A stretch of DNA of 64,000 nucleotides, from positions 32,001 through 96,000 of the forward strand of contig CAWBMV010000003.1 of NCBI GenBank assembly GCA_963789955.1, read 5' to 3'. Each line of letters opens with the position of its first letter. The first letter of the stretch is position 1. The notes below the pieces were generated by a model that was not told the DNA's origin, made no database searches, and worked only from the letters and a program-made list of their open reading frames with translations. This DNA comes from an uncultured Candidatus Rokubacteria bacterium (GTDB taxonomy: Bacteria; Methylomirabilota; Methylomirabilia; Rokubacteriales; CSP1-6). Position numbers and translations under genes: made by a program. Of this stretch, positions 19,907-30,088 are shown piece by piece.

Positions 19907-21094
19907 TTAAATCGCACCGTCCGCCCGAAATTTCGCGATGTCGTCCTTCGAGTAGCCGAGGCTCGCCAGCACTTCGTCGGTGTGCTGGCCCAGGCGCGGC
20001 GGTGCGGTCTCGATGCTCGGGCCGCCCTCGGCGAACTTGAACGCGGCCAGTGGCACGGTGACCGGGCCCTCGATGCCCTCGATCTTCTCGTGGCGGTGTA
20101 GCACGCGCCGGCTCGCGAGCTGGGAATCTTGAAGACACTCCGAGAGGCGTCGCACGCGCCCGGCCGGGACGTGGCGGCTCTGGAGGTATTGCTCCCACTC
20201 GTCGGCGGTCCGCTGCTCGATGATCTTCTGAAGCTCTCCGGTCTGCGTCTCGTAGAGCTCCTCGCGCTCGTCGTGGCTCGACTGCGCGGCGATGTCCTCA
20301 CGGCCGACCGCGCGGAACAATCGCTCGTGCTGGCCGCGGTTGCCGGCCGCGATCATCAGCGGCGCGTCCTTGGCCTCGTAGAGCTGGCTGCTGGCGCGGT
20401 CCATCCGGTTGCCCTTGGGCTTGGGCTCGTGGCCCGTGCGCATGTAGGAGGTGATGTGCGAGCCCATCAGCATCAGCGACACGTCGAGCATCGAGCTGTC
20501 GATGTACTGGCCGCGTCCCGTGCGCTCGCGCTGAAAGAGCGCGGACGCGATCGCGAACGCGCACATCGTCCCGGTGGCGTAGTCGATGACGGGCGCGCCG
20601 GTCTTGATCGGGTTCACGTCGGGTGTCCCGGTCATGGCCATCATGCCGGAGGTGGCCTGGATCAGCTGATCGTAGGCCGTCTGCACGCCGCGCGGACCGT
20701 CCTGGCCGAACGCGGTCATCGAACAGTAGATCAGCCGCGGATTGAGAGGCCGCAGATCGTCGTACCCGAGCCCGAGCGCCGGGAACGCGCCCGAGCGCCA
20801 GTTCTCGACGAGGACGTCGGCGTCCTTCACGAGCTTCTTCAAGATCTCGCGCCCCTTCTCCGTTTTCAGATTGAGCGTGATCGCGCGCTTGTTCGAGGCC
20901 TGGGTGAGGAAGCCCGTGCCCATCTGCTGCCGGTTGAGGGTGCGATCGCCGCCCGTATCGCGGCTCTGATCGTAGTCCGTGGGGTGCTCGACCTTGATGA
21001 CGTCGGCCCCCAGCAGGGCCATCTGGTAGGCCGCGAACGGCCCGGCGAGCACATGGGTGATATCGATGATCTTGATCCCCTCGTATGGCCTCAT
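19907..21094 (-). CDS. CoA transferase family III (CaiB/BaiF)
   Basis: LAGP..LGADVIKVEHP, NKRAITLNL, DVLVENWR, PRLGQHTDEVL. Confidence 0.92.
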   Translation of the reverse strand: MRPYEGIKIIDITHVLAGPFAAYQMALLGADVIKVEHPTDYDQSRDTGGDRTLNRQQMGTGFLTQASNKRAITLNLKTEKGREILKKLVKDADVLVENWRSGAFPALGLGYDDLRPLNPRLIYCSMTAFGQDGPRGVQTAYDQLIQATSGMMAMTGTPDVNPIKTGAPVIDYATGTMCAFAIASALFQRERTGRGQYIDSSMLDVSLMLMGSHITSYMRTGHEPKPKGNRMDRASSQLYEAKDAPLMIAAGNRGQHERLFRAVGREDIAAQSSHDEREELYETQTGELQKIIEQRTADEWEQYLQSRHVPAGRVRRLSECLQDSQLASRRVLHRHEKIEGIEGPVTVPLAAFKFAEGGPSIETAPPRLGQHTDEVLASLGYSKDDIAKFRADGAI

Positions 21095-21135
21095 AGATCC
21101 TCCCCCCGCGTTAGTTGCGCTATTCTACTTTGAGT

Positions 21136-21182
21136 CGCGCCTCGGCCGGCGGGGCCCCAGCCCCGCGACGGCCTGCAGCGCG
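21136..21182. repeat. 47-bp intergenic hairpin repeat, copy 2
   Basis: Identical to 848-894. Confidence 0.9.
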
Positions 21183-21206
21183 AACTACGCGGCGGGAGGA
21201 CTCACG

Positions 21207-22817
21207 ATGAGCCGGATCACCGTGCTGAGCCCGTTAGGGGTCAACCGGGTCGGGTCGCAGCCGATCGCGCCGCGTCTTCGGTCGCTCGACGGCGTCAAGC
21301 TGGGCATTCTCAACAACAGCAAGCCCAACTCGCTCGAGCTCCAGCAGCGCGTGGTCGAGCTGATCGGGCAGCACCACTCGGTGACCGGCGCCGTCACGAA
21401 GCAGAAGCCGAGCGCCGCGATCGGTGCCGAGGGGCTCGACGCCTACGCGAAGGAGGTCGGCGCGGTCATCACCGCGATCAGCGACTGAGGGTCGTGCACG
21501 TCGTGGTGTATCCACGACTCGGTCGAGCTGGAGCGGAAGGGCGTCGCGACGGTGACGATTTGCACCGAAGCGTTCATCGGGCTGGCGCGCGAGGAGTCGA
21601 AGAACCTGGGCATGCCCGATCTGCCGCTGGCCATCATCAAGCATCCGATCGGCGGTGAGTCCCTCGCGGTCATTCACCAGCGCGCTGAAGACGCGCTCGA
21701 TCAGGTGATTCGTGGCCTGACGGGCGAGGTGGCCAGCCGAGGAGCCGCCGCCGCGGCGAGCCCGGGAGCGACGGCGCCCGAGTCCTTCACGTTCGCCGAC
21801 GAGGATGAAGCGCTGGAGACCTTTCACACGCGGCGGCTCACCGATGGCCTGCCCTTCGTCTTGCCCACCGCCGAGCGTGTCCAGGCGATGATCGCCGGCT
21901 CCGGCCGGCGGGCCGGCGAGGTCATCGCGGTCGTGCCGCCCCGCTGGGCCGAGGCCACCGTGGAGAACATCGCGGTCAACGCGGTGATGGCCGGGTGCCG
22001 GCCGCAGTACATGCCGGTCTTGATCGCGGCGCTGCAGGCCGCCGCCGATCCCGCGTTCGGTCTCTACAGTGTGCAGGCGACCACGCATCCCTGCGCGGTC
22101 ATGATGCTGATCTCCGGGCCCATCGTGGACGAGCTCGCGCTCAACTTCCGCCACGGCTCCTTCGGCCCGGGCTTCCGCGCCAACGCGTCCATCGGTCGGG
22201 CGATGCGGCTCGTGCTCATGAACGTTGGCGGCGCCATCCCGGGCGAGGGCGATCAGGCCACGCACGGCTCGCCGGCCAAATTCAGCTACTGCGTCGCGGA
22301 AAATGAAGCCGCCACGCCCTGGGAGCCGTTCCGGGTGGCGCGCGGATTCGGCAAGAGCGACAGCACGGTCACGGTGTTCTCCGGCGAGGGCCCGCACAAC
22401 ATCAACGACCACGTGTGTACCTCGGCCGAGACGACCCTGACGGTCGTCGCCGACACGATGACGACGATCGGCCACAATAACGCCGGCTCGGTCGTCCGCG
22501 GCGATGTCCTGGTGGCCTTCGGTCCGGAGCACGCGCACACCGTCGCCTCGGGCGGCATGTCCAGAGCCGACGTACAGAAGTTTCTCTACGAGCGCGCCCG
22601 CAACAAGGTCGGCCTGCTCAAGCTGCGCGCCATGTACAAGGCCGAGAACTGGCCCGACTGGGTCGACCAGAGCGACGACGAGGCGCTGTGCCCGATCGTC
22701 GGCAAGCCCGAGGACATTCACATCGTCGTGACGGGCGGGCCGGGCAAGCACTCGGCGTTCATCCCGACGTTCGGGACCTCGAAGTCGGTGACGCGGAAGA
22801 TCGAGACGACGCGGTGA
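21207..22817 (+). CDS. UGSC-family selenoprotein fused to a large conserved C-terminal domain (Sec at codon 94, TGA 21486-21488)
   Basis: ...AISD-TGA-GSCTSWCIHDSVELERKG continues in frame into ORF 21552-22817. Downstream hairpin. RBS GGGAGGA before ATG 21207. Confidence 0.85.
21500..21518 (+). promoter_or_regulatory. Putative bacterial SECIS element
   Basis: GTCGTGG-TGTAT-CCACGAC, a 7-bp stem starting 11 nt after the in-frame TGA. Confidence 0.7.
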
Positions 22818-23218
22818 GGACGGCCGGGCTCGTGCTGCTCGCCGGCCTCGTGTCGCTGGTCCCGTGGCCGGCGCTCGCGCAGGACGACCCAAAACCCGTC
22901 TGCCGCATTCCGCGGTTTCGCGGCGCAACGGCTCCGGGAGGCGCCACGGTCGACGTCACGGTTGTCAACACCGGCAAGCCCTGCCGGATCAGGATGCACA
23001 GCGATGTCGACGCCGGGATGGTGACCACTGAGCTTCACGCCGTCGAAGAGCCCCAGCACGGCAGGCTCGAGCTGTCCGGGCCGGACGTCGCGCACTACAT
23101 CCCGAACCCCGGCTACACCGGGCGCGACCAGTACGCGATCGCGGGCCGCGGGCCCACCGCACGGGGCACCACGGCCAGCGTTCGGGTCAACGTCCGCGTG
23201 ACCGTGGTGAATCCCTGA
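22814..23218 (+). CDS. Secreted protein with Ig-like (Big_9-like) domain
   Basis: GTG start overlaps the upstream stop. Signal peptide ending ALA-Q. PQHGRL...YIPNPGYTGRDQY. Confidence 0.7.
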   Translation: MRTAGLVLLAGLVSLVPWPALAQDDPKPVCRIPRFRGATAPGGATVDVTVVNTGKPCRIRMHSDVDAGMVTTELHAVEEPQHGRLELSGPDVAHYIPNPGYTGRDQYAIAGRGPTARGTTASVRVNVRVTVVNP

Positions 23219-23225
23219 GGCGCGT

Positions 23226-23771
23226 CTAGACTTTCAGCACCTCGGCGCCCGGCGCGGCCTCGAGCTCGCAGGCGTTGACCGTCATCGCCAGCATGCTGTA
23301 GTAGCCGATCGCGCCGGTGAGCTGGATGAAGCCGTCGTTGCCGAAGCGGCCGATCAGCGCCTTCGCGGTGGCCTCGTCGATCCGGTGCTTGCGCATCAGC
23401 TGGCGCGTGAAGTCGACGATCTGCGCGTCCTCCGCCGGGATGCCGCGGCTGTGGTTCTCACGGATCGCGGTGATCGTCGTCTCCGGCACGCCGAGCCGCC
23501 GCGCGCCGCCCGTCTGCGCGCCCCAGACGTACACGGCCTCCAGCTCGCGCGCGACCGTCATCGCGGCGAGCACGCGCACGCGCATGTCGAGCGAACCCTC
23601 GAACCGCACATAGGCGCCCAGATGCGCGAGGCGGCCGGCCAGCTCGGGCGAGTGCAGGAACATCGTGAACGGCCCCTGCAGCGCGCCGCGGCTCGCGACG
23701 ATCGAGTCGACGATCGGCTGATCCTTCGCGGCGACCTGGCTCTTGTCGGTAATCGATGTCAGCCTTGCCAT
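23226..23771 (-). CDS. Carboxymuconolactone decarboxylase family protein
   Basis: GPF..LHSPELA....LGAYVRF, AIGYYSMLAM..NA. Confidence 0.85.
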   Translation of the reverse strand: MARLTSITDKSQVAAKDQPIVDSIVASRGALQGPFTMFLHSPELAGRLAHLGAYVRFEGSLDMRVRVLAAMTVARELEAVYVWGAQTGGARRLGVPETTITAIRENHSRGIPAEDAQIVDFTRQLMRKHRIDEATAKALIGRFGNDGFIQLTGAIGYYSMLAMTVNACELEAAPGAEVLKV

Positions 23772-23789
23772 GACGTCCTCCTCCGGCGC

Positions 23790-26127
23790 TCAGTCGAGCG
23801 CGAATCCAGCGTCTCGTAGCAACGTGTACACCCGGTGCGGCGTGAGGACCGGGCTCGTGATGTCGAGCCGCCCCTCGAACGCGTCCGCGACGGCGTTGGC
23901 GATCGCCGCGGTCGGCGGCCCGGTCGCGCCCTCGCCGACGCCGCGCACTCCGAGCGGATTGTGGTCGGTGGCGAACTGCAGATGCTCCATCACGAGCGGC
24001 GGCATGTCGTCCGCCCGCGGGATCGGGTAGTCCATCAGCGTGTTCGTCAGGAGCTGGCCGTCGTCGTCGTGAACGACGTGCTCGCCGAGGACGACGCCGA
24101 GGCCCTGGGCGAAGCCGCCGACGATCTGGCCGTCGACGATCACCGGATGGAGCTGACGGCCGCAGTCGTGCACGATCGCGTAGCGGAGGATGACGACACG
24201 GCCGGTCTCCACGTCGACCTCCACGACAGCGGCGTGGACGCCGCTCGACCACGTCACCGTGGGCGGCGAGTAGAACTTCGTGGCCCAGAGCCCGGGGCCG
24301 CCGAGCTCGACGAGGCCCCGGTCGCTCAGGGCCACGCGGGCGACCTGGGCGAGCGGAATCGCGCGTCCGGGCGTGCCGACCACGAACGCGCGGCCGTCTT
24401 CGATCCGCACGTCGTCGGGCGCGCACTCGAGGAGGCGTGAGGCGACGCGACACGCCTTCACCTTCACGTCCGCGGCCGCGACGGCGACCGCGTTGCCGGT
24501 GTTCACCGCGACCCGGCTGGCTCCGGTTCCATAGCCGTACGGGACCAGGGTCGTGTCGCCGCCGCGGACGCGAATGTCGTCGAACGCCGCGCCGAGATAC
24601 TCGGCGCACACCTGCGCGAAGACCGTCTCGTGGCCCTGGCCCGAGCCCGAGACGCCGATGAGCACCTCGACGTGGCCGCGATCGTCGACCTTCACCGTCG
24701 CCCACTCGCCGGGCCGGACGCTCCCGCCCGCTTCGAGATATCCGGCGATGCCCAGGCCGATCCGTCGGCCGTCCGCGCGCAGGTCGGCCTGACGCTTGCG
24801 CCAGCCGGCGTAGTCGAGCAGAGCGAGCGCGCGCGCGCAGCTCGAGCGGATAGTCGCCCCCGTCGTAGCTCACGGGCACGCCGTCGCGGTACACGAGGCC
24901 GGGACGATACGGCATCTCCGCCGGCGCGATCTGGTTTCTCGCCCGGACCTCGGCGGGATCGAGGCCGAGCTTCGTCGCGAGCCGGTCGAGCAGCCGCTCG
25001 ACGACCAGGATCGCCTCGGGCCGCCCGGCACCGCGATAGGGCGCGCTCGGCGTCTTGTTGGTGACGACCGCGAACCCTTCGGCGCGAAACGCCGGCACCT
25101 TGTACTGAGAGGGCAGGTGATTGATCGTGTTCGTCGGCTCGTGGACCGAGAAGTAGTGATAGGCGCCGACGTCCTTCACGATGCGGACGTCGAGGCCGAG
25201 CACGCGCCCCGCGTGCGTCGCCGCGAGCCGCGCGTGATGCGCTTGCTGCCGCGCCTGGTGAGAGCTCGACAGAAACTCGGTGCGCGTCTGGATCCATTTG
25301 ACGGGCCGGCCGAGATGATGCGCGAGCAGCGGGACGAGCACGTCCTCCGGATAGATCCCTTCCTTCGGGCCGAACCCGCCGCCGGTGTCGGGTGCGATGA
25401 CGCGCACGCTCTCGGCCGGCAGTCCGAGCCGCGCCGCGACGACGCTGCGCAGGTGATAGGGCGCCTGGTGCGCCGCCCACACCGTCATGCTGCCGGTGAC
25501 CGGATCGAACGCCGCGCAGAGGCCACGCGTCTCGATCGCCATCGAGGTCACGCGCCCGTGGGACGGATGGTCCTCGACGACCACGTCGGCGGCGGCGAAC
25601 GCGCGATCGACGTCGCCGATGACCTTGACGACATGGCCGACGACGTTGCTCGCGCCCTCGTGGACCGTCGGCGAGGCCGCCGTCATCGCGGCTTCGGCGT
25701 CCACGACCGCGGGCCACGGCTCGTACTCGATCCGGACGAGCTCGGCCGCGTCGGCGGCCTGGTATGGATCGGGACCGGTCACCGCGACGATCGGCTCGCC
25801 GACGTAGCGCACTTCGCCGCGCGCGAGCGGCGGCTGCGAGCGCGGCGTGTCCAGGCGGACATAGGGGTTGGTCCGATCCGCGCGCGCGGCGGGTAGGGGC
25901 TCGGCCAGACCGGGCAGATCGTCGGCGAGGAAGACGCCGACACCTGGCAGCGCGCGCGCCGCCGCAGTGTCGATCGCGACGATTCGCGCCCGAGCGTGGG
26001 TGGACCGGACGACGGCCAGGTGGACGAGGCCCGGCGGAGCGATGTCGTCGATGAACCGGCCGCGGCCCGTGATGAGCCGTTCATCCTCCTTGCGTCGAGG
26101 GGATTGACCGATCCCTATCGTGTTCAT
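23790..26127 (-). CDS. Xanthine dehydrogenase family molybdopterin-binding subunit (CoxL-like), frameshift near 24840
   Basis: RKEDERLITGRGRFIDD, GGGFGPK, PYRGAGRPE, GQGHET, GQIVGG, GVGE. Confidence 0.9.
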
Positions 26128-26336
26128 ACCCCTCTTATACCGCCTCGGCGCGGACTGCGCGCTGTCTCACCAGTGAGAACGGAGGGCCGGTTTCTCGGTG
26201 GGAACCTCGGATTCGGATCGTCCGTTTACTAGCTGCTTCGTCGCTCGAAATTCACTTGAATCAAACAGGGGAGGGGGTGTCTCTTAGAGGCTCGTGGACG
26301 CGGGGAAGTCACACTCATTCCGTAAGGGAGGACGCC

Positions 26337-26930
26337 ATGCGCCGGGACAAGCTGATCACAGCCGTGCTGCTCGCTACGCTCGTCGTGTTCTCAGCTAGCT
26401 ACGCCTACGCCGAGGACTTCGTCGCGCACCTGAATGGATTCCAGGAGATCGGGGCGCTGGCCGGCCCAACCGGGGCCATCCGCGCCAATGGCACTGGCAC
26501 GCTGCATCTCGATCTCGACCGCAAGGCGGGCACCGCGAAGTGGACCTTGACCTACACGGGCGTGGGCACCACCGGGCCGCTCACCGGCACCGTGACGCAG
26601 GCGCACATCCATTTCGGTAAGCGGCATGTGGCCGGAGGCGTCATGGTGTTCTTCTGTGCGAACGTCGCCACAGCCCCTGCCGGCACGCAGCCCTGCCCGG
26701 TGAATTCCGGGACGGTGACGGGCACCTTCACCAGCGCGAACGTTCTGGCCATCGCCACGCAGAACGTCCTGGCCAATGACTTCGACGCGCTCGTCGACGC
26801 GCTGGCCTCGAACACCGCCTACGCCAATATCCATACGACGGCGCTGCCGGCGGGCGAGATCCGCGGACAGATCCACCGCGATCGTCGCGATCACGACGAC
26901 AAGCACGACGACAAGGATCACGGTCGGTAG
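26337..26930 (+). CDS. Secreted CHRD domain protein
   Basis: Signal peptide. LNGFQE, TQAHIH, YANIHT..P.GEIRGQI. His/Asp-rich tail. Confidence 0.88.
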   Translation: MRRDKLITAVLLATLVVFSASYAYAEDFVAHLNGFQEIGALAGPTGAIRANGTGTLHLDLDRKAGTAKWTLTYTGVGTTGPLTGTVTQAHIHFGKRHVAGGVMVFFCANVATAPAGTQPCPVNSGTVTGTFTSANVLAIATQNVLANDFDALVDALASNTAYANIHTTALPAGEIRGQIHRDRRDHDDKHDDKDHGR

Positions 26931-26944
26931 TAGCGCGGGCGCCA

Positions 26945-26968
26945 GCCGGGGCTCACGAGAGCCCCGGC
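26945..26968. terminator. Hairpin between convergent genes, possible terminator
   Basis: GCCGGGGCTC-ACGA-GAGCCCCGGC, perfect 10-bp stem. No U-tract. Confidence 0.5.
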
Positions 26969-26978
26969 CGGCCCACTC

Positions 26979-27969
26979 TCACACCGGCCCGTTCGGCGCG
27001 ACGAGGATCTTGCCGCTGCGCTCGCCGCGCTGAGCGTGGGCCACTGCCTCCTTGATGTCCTCGATGGGATAGACCATCTCGACCGGCGCCGACAGGTTGC
27101 CCTTCGCGACCTGCTGGCCGAGATCGGCGTAGATCGCGCGGATCTGCTCGAGCGATCGCGTGCTGAGGCCGCGGCCCAGGATGAACCCGACGAGCGACTG
27201 GCCGCCCGAGACCAAGGTGCTGCGGGACATCACCGGGTCCTCGCCCGTCATCGATCCGTAGTTACAGACGACTCCGCCGTCGGCGAGACATGCGGAGAGC
27301 CGAGCGGTGGCGCGGCCCGACACGGCGTCGAGGCCCAGACGGATCGGCGCGCTGTGGGTCTGCGCCTTGACCGCAGCGGGCAGGTCAGGGCCGTCGACCA
27401 CGCACACGTCGGCGCCGAGCGCCTTCAGCTCGCCGAACAGCGACTCGCGCCGGATCACGTTCACGGTTTTCACACCTCGCGGGCGAGCCAGACGAATCAC
27501 GAGACGCCCCACCGCCGAGTTCGCGACGTTCTGGATGATCCAGTCGCCGGGCTTCAGGGCGACGATGTCGGTGAGGAGCAGGAGCGCCGTGGCGGGGTTG
27601 ATCCGGAGCATCGCCGCCTGCTGGATATCGATACCGTCCGAGATCGCGATGACGTCGTCACCCTTGACGCGGACGCTGCTGGGTCCAGTTCTCCCGCTGC
27701 AGGTTGATGACGAGTTCCCCCGGCTTCACGTGCGTCACGCCGGCGCCGACCGCGACGACGCGGCCGACGCATTCGGCTCCGGGCGTCGCCGGAAGCTCTG
27801 GCTTCAGCCGGTACGTCCCGCGACAGAACGAGATGTCGGCCGGATTGATCGGAAACGCGAGGACCTCGAAGACCACCTCGCCGGCGCCCGGCGCGCCGAC
27901 ATCCGGTACGTCGGCGCAGCGCAGGCCCTCTTCGGGCTGGCCGTAGCGATCGAGCAGGATCTGTTTCAT
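26979..27969 (-). CDS. MDR family oxidoreductase (2-enoyl thioester reductase-like), frameshift near 27675
   Basis: FPINPAD..G.Y..P.LPATPGAECVG, INPATA, QNVANSAVG, GKIL. Confidence 0.85.
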
Positions 27970-27981
27970 GCTGTGACTCCG

Positions 27982-28779
27982 TCAGGCCGGTAGCTTCCAG
28001 CCGAGCCAGTTGCAGAGCGCCCGCCCCATGATCAGCTCCTTGTCCTTCGCCGTCAGCCACGGCAGCTCTTCGGTGAACATGGTGACGCACTGTTTCCACG
28101 GGCACGGCATCCGCGTGATGTCCGTCCCCCAGAACATGCGGTCGGGACCGAACGCGTCGTAGAGCTTCCGGATGTGCCCGTGGATGTCGCGATACGGGTA
28201 CTGCTCGGCCGAGTAGCTCGGGCGCCGGTCGCCTTGAGCGCCACGTTCGGTTCGGGCGGCGACGAGATCGGGCAGGTTCGACCATGCCGCGTCCGGTCGC
28301 CCGAAGTGATCGATGATCAGCTTGAGCCCGGGATGGCGCTCGGCGATAGGCCCGATAACCTGCATGAGACCGGGGCCGAGCAGCGCGATCGGCATGTTCG
28401 CCCGCTCGGCGGTGGCCCACAGCCAGTCGAGGCTTCCGTCGGTGAGCCACGTCTGCTGATGGGGCTGCAGCAGGGCGAAGCGAAGCCCGAGTAGGCCGGG
28501 CCGGTTCTTCAGGCCGTCGATCGCCGAGCGGCTCTCCGGCTTGTCGAGCGGGAAGTTGGCGAGGATCGAGAGCCGATTCGGGTGCTGGCGCGCGGCCTCG
28601 ACCGCCAGCGCGTTGGAGTTCGGATCCCACCCGGGCGGATGGATGACCGCCGCGGTGACTCCGCCTCCGTCCATCTCCTTCAGCACGTCGTCCGCCGTGT
28701 AGTCCGGGATCTGGCGGTGGTTCGCGTTCGTCGGCTTGTGGCCCTTCCAGATGTGGATCTGCGCGTCGACGATCAGCAT
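27982..28779 (-). CDS. Amidohydrolase family protein (Amidohydro_2)
   Basis: IVDAQIHIW, LIIDHFG, AFGPDRMFWGTD. Confidence 0.88.
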   Translation of the reverse strand: MLIVDAQIHIWKGHKPTNANHRQIPDYTADDVLKEMDGGGVTAAVIHPPGWDPNSNALAVEAARQHPNRLSILANFPLDKPESRSAIDGLKNRPGLLGLRFALLQPHQQTWLTDGSLDWLWATAERANMPIALLGPGLMQVIGPIAERHPGLKLIIDHFGRPDAAWSNLPDLVAARTERGAQGDRRPSYSAEQYPYRDIHGHIRKLYDAFGPDRMFWGTDITRMPCPWKQCVTMFTEELPWLTAKDKELIMGRALCNWLGWKLPA

Positions 28780-28804
28780 GTCGCTGTCTCCTTGGTGCGG
28801 CTCC

Positions 28805-30076
28805 TCACGTCTTCTCGAAGTCGATTCGCTCGGCCACCGGCAGCCCCTGGAGATAGCGGCGCAGGCAGTCGAGCCCCATCTCGGTGGCCCCGAGGCGCAC
28901 CCACTCGCGCCCTCCGAGAATCCGACTGCGCCGGGATTCGGCGCCGTCAGCGGTCGCGACCGCCAGACAGATGGTACCGCCGAAGTCGATCTTGTCCGGC
29001 CCGTCGTCGAGATCGATCAGCACCGCCAGCGCGTGGCTCGCGCCGGTCCGCCGTCGCGCAGCGTGCGCGACCGCCTCCGCCGTCTCGCGCGAGAGCTCGC
29101 CCGCCGGCGGGCCGCCGTCGAGGCCGACCCCGGCGTAGATCTCGGCGAGGTCGCGCGCCACGATGCCGCGCCGGAAGACCTTCTCCGCGCCGGTCAGGTG
29201 ACCGAAGCGCGCGGCGATCTGTCCGCTCGTGAAGGTCTCGACGACCGTGAGGGAGCCCTGCCGGGCCGTCAGCGCCGACAGGATGACGCCCTCCAGGGTC
29301 TGCTCGTCCTCGGCCAGGATGAAGTTGCCGAGTCGCTTGCGCACTTCGCCCTCGACCGGCGCGAGCTTGGCGCGGACGTCGTCCATGTCCCGGCCGCGGA
29401 CGGTCAGCTTGGTCTCGAGCTGCGGGTAGTGCGCGCGGAACCCGAGCTTCACGCTGCCGTCGGGCACGAGCTGCTCCACGCCGGTGAGCAGCGCGTCCAC
29501 GTGGGATTCGCCGAGCCCGTAGGAATGGAACCGCTTGAGGTGGATCGTCGCCTGCAGGCCGCTCTTCGCCAGCAGCCGGGGAATGATCTGCTCCTCGAGC
29601 ATGCGCCGGAGCTCGCGCGGCACACCGGGGGTGAAGAAGAAGCGCGCGCGGCCGATGTCGAGCGCGAAGCCGCAGGCCGTCCCGATCGGATTGTCGATCA
29701 CCTCGGCGGTCGAGGGCAGCATCGCCTGCTTCGTGTTGTTCGGCGGCATGACGCGACTGCGCCGCTTGAAGAACTCCTCCATCGTCTTGAGCCAGCCTTC
29801 GTTGAGCACCAGTTCGACCCCGGCAGCCTGCGCGGCGATCTCCTGTGACAGATCGTCGATCGTGGGGCCGAGGCCGCCGTTGACGATGACCGCGTCGGCG
29901 CGCTGCCCGGCCAGCTTGAACGCGAGCAGGAGATTCTCGCGATCGTCGCCGACCGTCGTCTCCCACTCGACAGCGAGCCCGACGTCTTCCAGCTTCTGCG
30001 TCATGTAGCTGAAGTTGGTGTTGACGATCTTCCCGGTGAGGACCTCGTCACCCGTGCAGATGATCTCGATGCGCAT
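28805..30076 (-). CDS. cinA: CinA-like protein (molybdopterin-binding domain + degenerate PncC domain)
   Basis: TGDEVLTG..VNTN, VGDD, GGLGPT.DD, PGVPRE, GLGES. Confidence 0.85.
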   Translation of the reverse strand: MRIEIICTGDEVLTGKIVNTNFSYMTQKLEDVGLAVEWETTVGDDRENLLLAFKLAGQRADAVIVNGGLGPTIDDLSQEIAAQAAGVELVLNEGWLKTMEEFFKRRSRVMPPNNTKQAMLPSTAEVIDNPIGTACGFALDIGRARFFFTPGVPRELRRMLEEQIIPRLLAKSGLQATIHLKRFHSYGLGESHVDALLTGVEQLVPDGSVKLGFRAHYPQLETKLTVRGRDMDDVRAKLAPVEGEVRKRLGNFILAEDEQTLEGVILSALTARQGSLTVVETFTSGQIAARFGHLTGAEKVFRRGIVARDLAEIYAGVGLDGGPPAGELSRETAEAVAHAARRRTGASHALAVLIDLDDGPDKIDFGGTICLAVATADGAESRRSRILGGREWVRLGATEMGLDCLRRYLQGLPVAERIDFEKT

Positions 30077-30088
30077 GTGGGATTCGTC

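Noticed and set aside
21234..22928. Long antisense/alternate-frame ORFs (e.g. 21234-22928, 47996-49894, 59241-61022, 12360-14060)
   Set aside because: Shadow ORFs typical of high-GC DNA. They are Arg/Ala/Pro-rich, lack motifs and lie opposite clear genes.
23790..26127. Aerobic form I CO dehydrogenase
   Set aside because: Active-site loop is PYRGAGR rather than AYxCSFR, and no cox accessory genes are present.
26892..26915. 12-bp tandem repeat in the CHRD gene tail (HDDK x2)
   Set aside because: Ordinary low-complexity coding repeat with only two units.
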